From assembly GCA_049968235.1 (NCBI GenBank), contig JBMFRC010000029.1, forward strand, positions 1-35,103: a stretch of DNA of 35,103 nucleotides, written 5' to 3'. Shown here one piece after another: positions 8,899-17,778 of the stretch (position 1 is the stretch's first letter; every line of letters starts with the position of its first letter). The stretch is from Candidatus Hydrogenedens sp. Lineage in GTDB: Bacteria; Hydrogenedentota; Hydrogenedentia; Hydrogenedentales; Hydrogenedentaceae. A program made the position numbers and the translations under genes. Below the pieces are notes generated by a model. It saw only the letters and a program-made list of their open reading frames with translations. It ran no database searches and was not told the DNA's origin.

Positions 8899-10176
8899 TT
8901 ATATGTTGGGTTTACGCTCATTAAGTCCTGTATAAATTTGGCGAGGGCGATGTATTCTTGTATCCGGGTCGTTTCTCATTTCTAACCAATGTGCAATCCA
9001 CCCCGGTATTCTACCTAATGAAAATAACACAGTAAACATTTGGGTAGGAATGCCCATTGCGCGATACAGTATTCCACTATAGAAGTCAATATTGGGGTAC
9101 AACTTGCGTTCAATAAAGTAATCATCATTCAAAGCCACTTCTTCAAGATTTTTCGCTATTTCTAATAGCGGGTCATTTATTCCCATTTCCGCAAAAATAG
9201 CATCCACCGCACCTTTTAGTAACTTGGCTCTCGGGTCATAATTTTTATATACACGATGCCCGAAACCCATAAGCCTGAAATCCGAATCCTTTCTCTTTGC
9301 CAGTTCAACATACTTTTTGTAGTTTGACCCATCTTTATAAATCATTTCTAACATTTTTAGCACTGCTTCGTTGGCACCGCCATGCAAACGACCCCACAAT
9401 GCACTGATACCAGCAGAAACACTTACATAAAGGTTCGCCATGGAACTACCAACCATACGAACTGTAGATGTACTGCAATTCTGTTCATGGTCAACATGTA
9501 ATATAAGAAGTAAATCAAGAGCCTTTTCAAAAACTTTAGGGACAATATATTCTTCTGCAGGTGATGCGAACATCATACGAAGGAAATTGGCACAATACGA
9601 AAGGTCTGTTTTCGGATATATATAAGGTTCCCCAATAGATTTTTTGTAAGAAAATGCTGCGACTGTTTTTGCCTGACCGATAATTCGAACAATAATATTA
9701 TTTAAATCCTCTTTCTCATAATTTGGGTAAAATGAAGGCATAGCCGCTATCATTGAACTTAAAATGCTCATAGGATGTGCATCCAGAGGAAAAAACGAAA
9801 AGAAGTTGACCATACTTTGATGAATAAAACTATTCAAAGTAAGTTGTCTTCTCCATTCTTTCGCTTGTTCAGGAGTAGGTAACTCACCATAAATTAGTAA
9901 ATAAGCAATTTGAGAAAAAGGAAATTTACCTGCAAGACTTTCAATGGGATAACCACGATACCTTAATATTCCTTTGTCTCCATCAATATAAGTGATACCA
10001 CTTTTGCAAGAACCTGTATTCCCATATCCCGGGTCATATGTTAATGCTCCTGTTGTATCTCGTAATTTTCGTATATCAATTCCTATTTCATTCTCTGTTC
10101 CTTCAAATACAGGGAGTTCGTATTCTTTCCCGCGAAGTATTAATTTGCATGTTTCTGTCATATTTTTCCCTTTCAT
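8899..10176 (-). CDS. gltA: Citrate synthase.
   Basis: 425 aa. Citrate-synthase signatures are present (GYGNTGSC..., the GHRVYKNYDPRA active-site region and the HWLEM-type C-terminal region). The true start may be the internal Met at MTETCKL. Confidence 0.95.
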   Translation of the reverse strand: MKGKNMTETCKLILRGKEYELPVFEGTENEIGIDIRKLRDTTGALTYDPGYGNTGSCKSGITYIDGDKGILRYRGYPIESLAGKFPFSQIAYLLIYGELPTPEQAKEWRRQLTLNSFIHQSMVNFFSFFPLDAHPMSILSSMIAAMPSFYPNYEKEDLNNIIVRIIGQAKTVAAFSYKKSIGEPYIYPKTDLSYCANFLRMMFASPAEEYIVPKVFEKALDLLLILHVDHEQNCSTSTVRMVGSSMANLYVSVSAGISALWGRLHGGANEAVLKMLEMIYKDGSNYKKYVELAKRKDSDFRLMGFGHRVYKNYDPRAKLLKGAVDAIFAEMGINDPLLEIAKNLEEVALNDDYFIERKLYPNIDFYSGILYRAMGIPTQMFTVLFSLGRIPGWIAHWLEMRNDPDTRIHRPRQIYTGLNERKPNI

Positions 10177-10222
10177 TTATAACTTTATCCAGTATTGATT
10201 ACATTAAATTTTTATTATATAT

Positions 10223-11827
10223 TTAATTTTTGATGTTAAATTTTCGATTAAATATTGATAAAATTTGTTTTATTTCCTTGATATTTAGAGACCATGCAGT
10301 TACCAAATATGTCAGGGAACAAACCAACCCTGTAAAACAAATATAAAGACTTAATACTATTATTCCATTTATATTTTTTATATTAAAAAATAAGTTTATC
10401 AAAAAGAACATACAAATTACAATAAAAATGGAAATCCCGTATTTCAATATATTCAATAAATACTGTTTGTTGATAAGATTTCCTACTTTGAATCCAATAA
10501 TGATAAATAAGATAAAAAAGTTTGTCCAGAAGGATATTGTAGTGGCTATAACTAATCCAAGATAGTCTAAAGGTCTAACTAAAAGAATATTTAAGACAAT
10601 ATTTAATATCATACTAAATGATGAAGTAATAACCGGTATAGTCGTAATATTCATGGCGTAAAAACCCTGAGTTAATACTTTTACACCGGAAAAACCAATA
10701 ACCCCAATGGAGTAGATAAAAATTGCATTTGCTGTTCTTTGAGTTAATTCTTCCCCAAAATGTCCCCTTTCAAAAAGTAATTGGACAATTGGCTTACCAA
10801 GAAGCATCAGCATAACCATAGCGGGTAATATCATAAATAATGTTTGTAAAAGTCCTTCCTGTAAAGCACCTCGAATTTTTGGATATTCTTTATTTGCAAA
10901 ATACCGCGATAACTCAGGGAGAAGAGATACAGACACTGCCGTACCAAAAATAGACAAAGGTAATTGTATAAGCCGATTTGCATAAAAAAGAGCAGATACC
11001 GTCCCTTCTGATAAAGAATATGAGAAAAAACTATCTACCAATTTATTAACTTCGCCGGCAGCCTGTCCAAAGATTATAGGGATAAGTAAAATAAATGCTT
11101 TTTTTACACCCTGTTGATTCCAATTAGTTGTAAAACCTAAACCTCCTAATTGTTTCTGAGCCTCAAAATATAAAACTCCTGCCTGAGATATACCTCCTAA
11201 CCAGAGTCCTATTACAAGCGACCATATAATATTGATAGAAAAAAAATAAGGAATAAAAATAGAAATAATTAAGGCGATATTGAGTAATGCGGGTGTTATT
11301 CCCGGTATTTTATAATCTCCCAGGACAAATAGGGGAGCCATCATAAAAACAGCGATTCCTATCCAGAAGAGATAAGGAAAAGACCACTGTAAAACACGAA
11401 CTGTTAATTGAAGTTGTTCTTCAGATTTCGGTAATTCTTGTGTAAATGTACTTAATGAACCTAATAATTGTGGAACAAATGGCATGAGCAGGACACCGAT
11501 TAAAGATACTCCTAAAAGAATTAAGAACATGATGGAAAAAAGAGAACTAACCAGTTGTTTCATAGCATTTCTTCCCTGTGTTTCTTCACATTCGGAAAGA
11601 ATAGGGACAAAAGAAGCATTAACCGCACCTTCCCCTAATAAATCTCGCAATGTGTTTGGTAAACGAAAAGCAAAGAGAAATGTGTCTCTTGAGAAATCAG
11701 GGACAAACCACCCTATCAAAATATCTCTAACCAGTCCTAAAATACGACTGAACATGGTTCCCCCCGCAAAAATCAATGCATACTTCCATCGAGAAATGGA
11801 TGTTTTGTCTGTTAGTTCTGTTTTCAT
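10223..11827 (-). CDS. murJ: Lipid II flippase MurJ (MviN).
   Basis: 534 aa polytopic membrane protein. The N-terminus (FSRILGLVRDILIGWFVPDFSRDTFLFAFRLPNTLRDLLGEGAVNASFVPIL) closely matches the MurJ N-terminal consensus. Confidence 0.9.
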   Translation of the reverse strand: MKTELTDKTSISRWKYALIFAGGTMFSRILGLVRDILIGWFVPDFSRDTFLFAFRLPNTLRDLLGEGAVNASFVPILSECEETQGRNAMKQLVSSLFSIMFLILLGVSLIGVLLMPFVPQLLGSLSTFTQELPKSEEQLQLTVRVLQWSFPYLFWIGIAVFMMAPLFVLGDYKIPGITPALLNIALIISIFIPYFFSINIIWSLVIGLWLGGISQAGVLYFEAQKQLGGLGFTTNWNQQGVKKAFILLIPIIFGQAAGEVNKLVDSFFSYSLSEGTVSALFYANRLIQLPLSIFGTAVSVSLLPELSRYFANKEYPKIRGALQEGLLQTLFMILPAMVMLMLLGKPIVQLLFERGHFGEELTQRTANAIFIYSIGVIGFSGVKVLTQGFYAMNITTIPVITSSFSMILNIVLNILLVRPLDYLGLVIATTISFWTNFFILFIIIGFKVGNLINKQYLLNILKYGISIFIVICMFFLINLFFNIKNINGIIVLSLYICFTGLVCSLTYLVTAWSLNIKEIKQILSIFNRKFNIKN

Positions 11828-11837
11828 AGGAGATTCT

Positions 11838-13421
11838 TCATTTCTTTTTCTGTAAGAGAAGTAAAATATAAACGATAAAACCTGAGAAACTTAAAAATAA
11901 CGAAACCAAATCAGGATTAAAATGTAGTACATAATTAGACGCCACCGGGACCTTATAAATTCCTCCTGAACGCAATCGGACACCAATTTCCGGATAATCT
12001 GACATGGGTTCATAAACAAAGGTCTGATTTTTGCTGATAATTGTATTTACCGGGAAAAATGTCCCTGATGGGGTAAACAAGCCTGATATACCTGTATTGG
12101 TGCAATGTATAACAGGAAGTCGAGTTTCGATAGCACGCATTCGGCATATCTCTAATTCCTGACTAAGTGCATTAGTCGCCCCAAACCATGACAAATTGGT
12201 TAAAACGGCGAGAAGGTTGGCTCCCTGTTTTTTCAAATTATAAGCCATATTGCTAAAAAGTACTTCAAAACAAATGAGTGGTCCAATAACTAATTGTTTG
12301 TTAATAGCAAATATTTTCTGTTCTTTCCCCGCCGTAACATCGTAAGGTAAAATACTTCGTAAAAAAGGGAGGAACTGAGATAATGGTAAATATTCCCCAA
12401 AGGGTGCTAAATGGACTTTATCATAAAAATCCATAACTTTCCCTTCTGGGTTTACCCAGATACAGGAATTATAATCATTCCCTTCTGAATCTATTCTTGT
12501 TGTGCCGGTGATAAGATGTACGGATTTTTCATGTGTGAAGTTTTGAATTAGTGATAAAATCTCTTTGTTCTTATAATCAGACATAATCAGTGCTTCAGGC
12601 CAGAAGACAACCTGAACATTTTTATTTTCAATCAGATTGTTAGTATATTGAATAGTCCAGCGAACCATATCTTCATACCATATAGGGTCAAACTTCATTT
12701 CTTGGGGGAAACAGGGTTGCACAATGGCTACATGAATATCATTCTCTTTTTGAGTTTTTACACCTGAAAAAAGGAAGAATCCTACGAAATGGACCAAAAG
12801 TATAATAGCGAATGCATGGATTAAATACTTCCATCTTCCTTGTTTAGTTAGAATTACGAAGGCGATTAACATATTTATAGTTATGATAAAAAAGGAAAGA
12901 AACGGAACACTTCCAATAACAACCAATTGAGAAAAATAAATATCGGGACCCTGACTATAACCCAAATTACACCAACCGAAACCTGTTAGTGTATGTCCCT
13001 GTATCCATTCTATCCCTACCCAGAGAAGACCAGAAATATATACTTTTGTCAGGATGGATGCATTTTTTCCATATTGTGAGAAGCAATAACCATACATAGC
13101 CCACAAAATAGAAAGACCCGCTGATAGACACTGATACCCAATAAAAGCAGGACCCCCAACCCAAAACATATTTGTGATAAGCCAGTTAAGCGTAAATGAA
13201 TGAAAAACCCATCCACTTATAAAAAAGTAAAGAGATACCTTCAATGGGTTTTGTTCAGGAATTGCGACAACGAGTAATGGGACAAAGGCAATCCATATTA
13301 AAAAGTAAAGATGGAATTTAGGGAAACATAAGAATAAAATAATCCCTGTTGCAACAGAAAGAAAAAAAGGGTTCTTTATTAATTTTTTAATTTTTTGAAT
13401 AAAAGATGAAATCTTATTCAT
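11838..13421 (-). CDS. lnt: Apolipoprotein N-acyltransferase.
   Basis: 527 aa. A multi-TM N-terminal half is followed by a CN-hydrolase domain. The catalytic Cys sits in the ICFE context (GPLICFEVLF, compare E. coli LICYE). Confidence 0.85.
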   Translation of the reverse strand: MNKISSFIQKIKKLIKNPFFLSVATGIILFLCFPKFHLYFLIWIAFVPLLVVAIPEQNPLKVSLYFFISGWVFHSFTLNWLITNMFWVGGPAFIGYQCLSAGLSILWAMYGYCFSQYGKNASILTKVYISGLLWVGIEWIQGHTLTGFGWCNLGYSQGPDIYFSQLVVIGSVPFLSFFIITINMLIAFVILTKQGRWKYLIHAFAIILLVHFVGFFLFSGVKTQKENDIHVAIVQPCFPQEMKFDPIWYEDMVRWTIQYTNNLIENKNVQVVFWPEALIMSDYKNKEILSLIQNFTHEKSVHLITGTTRIDSEGNDYNSCIWVNPEGKVMDFYDKVHLAPFGEYLPLSQFLPFLRSILPYDVTAGKEQKIFAINKQLVIGPLICFEVLFSNMAYNLKKQGANLLAVLTNLSWFGATNALSQELEICRMRAIETRLPVIHCTNTGISGLFTPSGTFFPVNTIISKNQTFVYEPMSDYPEIGVRLRSGGIYKVPVASNYVLHFNPDLVSLFLSFSGFIVYILLLLQKKK

Positions 13422-13518
13422 GAGTAGTTCGGATTATTTTCTGTTAAATAAGATAAAATTTTTGTTATTAAGTATACAACATATTATCAGAATGGAATTT
13501 GTATTTTCAGACTGTAAA

Positions 13519-14655
13519 TTACAAGTCGTCCTGCATGGCTTTAATTTCTTCTTCAATTCGGTCTGTATTTTGCCATTTATCCCCCCGTTTTTCCCAGAAC
13601 CGAATTGCACTGGACCCTTCCTCAGACATGGTCCGCAGGTCAACCACTGTAGGCTGGACAAATATAAGAAGGTGGGTAATATCCGATTGGGCTCTTCGGG
13701 AACGGAAAGGTATTCCTATTAGAGGAAGTTTCCCAATTCCCGGAACACGATTCTCAGATTTTCGAATATTCCGACTGGAAAGCCCTCCGATGACCAGCGT
13801 TTGCCCATTAGGGACAATGACAAAACCTGTTTGGGAACGCTTTGAAAATACAGGTAGGTCAATTCCTCTGAGACGGTCAATACGACTAATATCCGTTACA
13901 TCCAGTTGCTTGATTTCCAGTTGTATCATATTATTGGGTAATATTGTTGGAACTAATTCCAGATTTACTCCTATATCCCGCCACGCAACGCTTAAGTTTG
14001 GGGTAGCTGATTTTGTTATTGATTGATAAGGGATTTGCCCACCTGCTTTTATTACTGCGGGTGTAGCATTCATTACTAAAATCTCTGGTTTAGAAATAAG
14101 GTCAACATCAGATTTAGTTTCCAATGCACGAAAGACTCCATCCAATGTTCCATAATCCCATGTAAGTATGCTGAATGTTAAACCTCCTCCTTGTGGGGAT
14201 TGTATTCCAGGAAGTGATGCGTTTTCATCTCTTCGGATAGGTTTTTCACTAAAATCGGGATTTTTATAAGGAACGGCAAAAGGAGGTTGCGAAGGATTAG
14301 AAGATGGAGCAGGTATGGTGACTGAAGAAAAGTCCTGGGAGAAATCCATTGTATTTGTAGTTATTTGTGGTATTTTTAAATGTTCGTTTTCTTTTTCTCT
14401 ATAAAAACGTACAAAATTTAGATTTGTACCTAACTTTCTCATTCCGTTTTCATTTGTTTCACTAATCCATACTTGTACCTGTACCTGACGTATATCTTCA
14501 GGTGGAGGTGGTGTTGACGGAGGTGGTGGAGTAGCGGGTGGGGCTGGAGCCGGTTGTTGAGCGTCTTGTGCAAAAAGGTTAATTGTAAGTAATAAAAGAA
14601 TCGGCAATATATAAAATATCACAAAATATGTATATGTAAAGTTACTACGTTTCAT
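13519..14655 (-). CDS. Short secretin-family outer-membrane channel protein (secretin paralogue 1).
   Basis: 378 aa. A signal peptide ends ...LFAQDAQ and a Pro-rich linker follows. The C-terminal secretin-domain consensus is clear: GQTLVIGGL..RN.....VPGIGKLPLIGIPFRS.......LLIFVQPTVV. The size matches pIV/CpaC-class short secretins. The ATGA overlap at 14652-14655 couples it to paralogue 2. Confidence 0.65.
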   Translation of the reverse strand: MKRSNFTYTYFVIFYILPILLLLTINLFAQDAQQPAPAPPATPPPPSTPPPPEDIRQVQVQVWISETNENGMRKLGTNLNFVRFYREKENEHLKIPQITTNTMDFSQDFSSVTIPAPSSNPSQPPFAVPYKNPDFSEKPIRRDENASLPGIQSPQGGGLTFSILTWDYGTLDGVFRALETKSDVDLISKPEILVMNATPAVIKAGGQIPYQSITKSATPNLSVAWRDIGVNLELVPTILPNNMIQLEIKQLDVTDISRIDRLRGIDLPVFSKRSQTGFVIVPNGQTLVIGGLSSRNIRKSENRVPGIGKLPLIGIPFRSRRAQSDITHLLIFVQPTVVDLRTMSEEGSSAIRFWEKRGDKWQNTDRIEEEIKAMQDDL

Positions 14656-15869
14656 TTTCTGCCTTTTCCCTCATTTAAATCGGAGTCCACTCCATTTTCA
14701 TCTTTATTGATTTGAACACCTGTTATTCCCTCAGCTATACCTTCAGGGATTTCCTTCAATCCACCTAATACATTGGTAATTATTTCAGTAGGTGAGATTT
14801 TTGTAGATTTCTTTTCTTCTTCTGATGTAAAACCATACTGGTCTGCTACTGTATATGAAGGTCTCCATAACTCTGCTTTTAATAAGAACACAAGTTCTCT
14901 GCGTCCTTCATCTTTTTTCTTATTTCCTACTCCCTGACTTAGAGGTATTTCCGGTGTTTTAAAAGGGGTAACTCTTTGAATTAAACCATTTGCTAACCCC
15001 TCTCCCTGTATTAGCCAGGGGACAGAAGAGGATGTCTTTGTGCGGGTATTGCGATACAATCCCCCTAAAATTAACACCTGTCCATGTCGAACCCAGATGG
15101 TAGTTGTGATACTCCGTGAAATAAATTCAGGGACACTTATTGTGTTCGCTGTATTGCCTGCGATGGCTACATTAAGGCGTTGTCCTTCTTCTGTAATGGC
15201 TGCAGTGATTGTTAACTGAATATAAATATCTTCTGTTGTTCGTGGGTCTCCATCATCATCAATGACTTTATTTGCCTGAACACTTAAATTGACACCTGTC
15301 GGTTTAAATTCTGTTACTTGCTGTGTTACTACACCAATAACAATGGTGTTTTCATAAGGTATTTCTTGCACAGTTTGTATTACAGTAGGAGCAGATGCCC
15401 CCACCGGTACTAATGCCTTAGGACGAGATAGAATAAAAGCACGGTTTTGACTAACTAATGCTTGAAGTACCGCTTCAAAATCGCCCCATTTGCTTGTCAT
15501 CCTATCCAGAAACACAGTTATTGTCGGGGATTGGGTTGTAGGAAAAGTTAAATCACCTGTTGTTATGGTTGGATTCCCTAACGATACTCTACCATAGGGA
15601 CGAGGGTCTGTTTTTTGTCGGAAATAACCGGATAGCCCTGTTTCACTTCCAATGTGTGTCTGAAATTCAATAATTTTAACGGATACATTGACCTGTTGAG
15701 GTGTTGGGTTTTGAGCGAAAGTTATTAAAGTTAGATTTATAAGGTATATAAGGAAGAAGAAAATTCTATTGTTTTTATCAATTAAAAAATTCCCTTTTAG
15801 AGAGTAATGCATATATGTGCTAAAGTAATTTTGTTTTATTTTATTCATCGTAATAAGCCATATAATCAT
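14652..15869 (-). CDS. Short secretin-family protein (secretin paralogue 2). The start codon is uncertain; alternative starts are 15848 or 15812.
   Basis: 405 aa as tracked. The likely signal peptide is ...IFFFLIYLINLTLITFAQNP, whose cleavage region is paralogous to gene 1. A degenerate secretin core is present (GQVLILGGLYRN.....VPWL...GLANGL ... ELVFLLKAEL) with an insertion before the final strand. The tracked start overlaps the upstream TPR gene by 29 nt. No clear SD precedes any of the three candidate ATGs. Confidence 0.55.
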   Translation of the reverse strand: MIIWLITMNKIKQNYFSTYMHYSLKGNFLIDKNNRIFFFLIYLINLTLITFAQNPTPQQVNVSVKIIEFQTHIGSETGLSGYFRQKTDPRPYGRVSLGNPTITTGDLTFPTTQSPTITVFLDRMTSKWGDFEAVLQALVSQNRAFILSRPKALVPVGASAPTVIQTVQEIPYENTIVIGVVTQQVTEFKPTGVNLSVQANKVIDDDGDPRTTEDIYIQLTITAAITEEGQRLNVAIAGNTANTISVPEFISRSITTTIWVRHGQVLILGGLYRNTRTKTSSSVPWLIQGEGLANGLIQRVTPFKTPEIPLSQGVGNKKKDEGRRELVFLLKAELWRPSYTVADQYGFTSEEEKKSTKISPTEIITNVLGGLKEIPEGIAEGITGVQINKDENGVDSDLNEGKGRK

Positions 15870-16818
15870 AGTGGTCTACATTTTCTATATTATCAAAATT
15901 TACAAACTGCGCACTAAAAGGTTTAATTTGCCCCGAACTCAAGTTTCCAAGTGTAATAGTTTGTGTATCATAAACAACTCCACTAAATCCATAGATTGTT
16001 AACTGAACAGTTACATTTCGCAATGTTCTTGAACTACGGTTTCGAACCTGTCCGGAAACATTATATATATGATGTTTGAAATCACTGGACCAACCTAATG
16101 AGCGTCCACTTCGGAAAGAGGTTACATTAAAGAAAACAATAGGATTTTTTTCTGCTTCGCGTTTAAGTGCTTCTTCGGGAGTTAATACAACAATTTCACC
16201 ATTTGCTCCTTTTTCAAGCCTGCTGGAAATAACAGGATGAGACCAATAATTCGAATCTAAAGAAATTATAGATTTATAAAGATTTCCCGCTTTAGAGAAG
16301 TTCTGATTTATCCAATACCAATTGGCTAACTGTAACATAATATCTATATTTTGAGGTTCTTGCTGTAACTTTTGTTCAAGCATTCGAATCTGGTTTTCTA
16401 TCGTATCTACTTTTTCGATGTGGTTTATCGGTGAACCTATTAATGTTCCTATTTGTTTGCGAGAATGTTCCGCATATACGCCCTGTGGTGCTAATTGTAA
16501 ATATTTAATATAATAACTTAATGCATTTTGAGGACTTCCTAATTCTTGATATACAACCCCTAAAAAATAAAATGCGTTAGTATCCTTTTCTCCACTTTCT
16601 ATAACCGATAATAATTTAGGTAGAGCTTGAGAAAACTGTCCTTTTTCGATTAATTGCTGAGCCAGTTTTATTTCAGAAAAGGTAGTATTTGTATTATAAA
16701 GGTTTCGATGGCTTAGGTTCAGAAAATCCTTATCGCGTTTTATAAAAGGATTCCCCTGACAATTACCTAGATATAAAAGAAGGATTACTCCTATTATTAT
16801 TCTGTAATAATATACCAT
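15841..16818 (-). CDS. TPR-repeat secreted protein or lipoprotein; candidate pilotin or assembly factor.
   Basis: 325 aa. The N-terminal signal sequence has an atypical possible lipobox, LGNC. It has at least 3 TPR-like helical repeats (AFYFLGVVYQELG..NALSYYIKYLQLAP...). The C-terminal ~120 aa form a beta-rich domain of unknown family. It lies immediately upstream of the secretin pair. Confidence 0.5.
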   Translation of the reverse strand: MVYYYRIIIGVILLLYLGNCQGNPFIKRDKDFLNLSHRNLYNTNTTFSEIKLAQQLIEKGQFSQALPKLLSVIESGEKDTNAFYFLGVVYQELGSPQNALSYYIKYLQLAPQGVYAEHSRKQIGTLIGSPINHIEKVDTIENQIRMLEQKLQQEPQNIDIMLQLANWYWINQNFSKAGNLYKSIISLDSNYWSHPVISSRLEKGANGEIVVLTPEEALKREAEKNPIVFFNVTSFRSGRSLGWSSDFKHHIYNVSGQVRNRSSRTLRNVTVQLTIYGFSGVVYDTQTITLGNLSSGQIKPFSAQFVNFDNIENVDHYDYMAYYDE

Positions 16819-16881
16819 GGATTACCTTTTGATTTTATTGTAGAAATATAATTGTTTAAGGATTTTATAAATATTCCAATA

Positions 16882-17286
16882 CTATCTTTTTGCAAGTCTT
16901 TCTAAAACTTTAGAGGTAATATCTTCGGCAGGAATTTGTTCACCAGTATTCTGCCAGTAATTAAACTCTGCCACAAGGTCAAACTGACTTTCTTGTGCTA
17001 CCTCTTGTATTGTTTTTACTGCCCGTTCACTGGCTTTGCTTAGCATTATCCAGTATTTCGCTGTGCCCGCCTCTATTTTCCTTTCTTTAATGCCTGCAAA
17101 TTCAGGTGTCGCTTGAATAATCTCTTCAAATTTAACCAGACCCGGTTTATTAAATTTGGAGGCAGTTCCCCAAAATATTTTCTGTTCATCTACCTTATCC
17201 GGTGATAAAGATAATGGGTCGGCTAATGCCCATAAATTACTGCACAGAAGGGCGAGGCTTATTATTAGAATTGTGCTTACCCGCAT
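16882..17286 (-). CDS. Small secreted protein, OmpH/Skp-like periplasmic chaperone candidate.
   Basis: 134 aa. The signal peptide is MRVSTILIISLALLCSNLWALA. The C-terminal segment (VAQESQFDLVAEFNYWQNTGEQIPAEDITSKVLERL) resembles the conserved C-terminus of Skp/OmpH proteins as recalled from memory; this was not verified. It is the first gene of the minus-strand envelope cluster. Confidence 0.4.
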   Translation of the reverse strand: MRVSTILIISLALLCSNLWALADPLSLSPDKVDEQKIFWGTASKFNKPGLVKFEEIIQATPEFAGIKERKIEAGTAKYWIMLSKASERAVKTIQEVAQESQFDLVAEFNYWQNTGEQIPAEDITSKVLERLAKR

Positions 17287-17778
17287 ATGATTCTCCTTTC
17301 CTTATGTGCAAGTTCTTGTTTCAAATATATTCTTTTAATTTACCTATATTAAACATATACTTATTTAATCTTTGTTCATATATAAAAAGTTCCATTTCTT
17401 TTAAAAATTTTTTAAAGTTTTTACAAAAAAATACAATATATTGAGTATATTCCTATTTATAGTATATATATTGTATATCCTATATTCAAGTAAAATATAT
17501 AAAAGTTAGATTACTTTTACCAAAATAAATTGGAATAAGATAGATATAAATGAACACCGGTAAGAAATATTAGACCTATATCAACGCGATTCTATAATTT
17601 CTAATTTGACTTTTGGTTTTTAATAAGGTATTGAGCATAGGTTTTTATCTTATATGATAGAAAGTAAAATTCAAGTTATATTTGATAGGATTGTATAATA
17701 TCGTTATAGATTATTCGTTTAATGATAGTTGTTTGTATTAAAATGTGATAAATATTTTAATATGAAAAAGGATGAGAT

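Noticed and set aside
9440-10226. Small plus-strand ORFs overlapping citrate synthase and its upstream region.
   Set aside because: They are antisense to a confidently assigned gene, and the translations are low-complexity.
13519-15869. The possibility that the short secretins are a filamentous-phage pIV remnant (Inovirus).
   Set aside because: No pI/zonular ATPase, coat, replication or integrase genes occur nearby. The flanking genes are core envelope genes on the same strand. The size similarity to pIV alone is insufficient.
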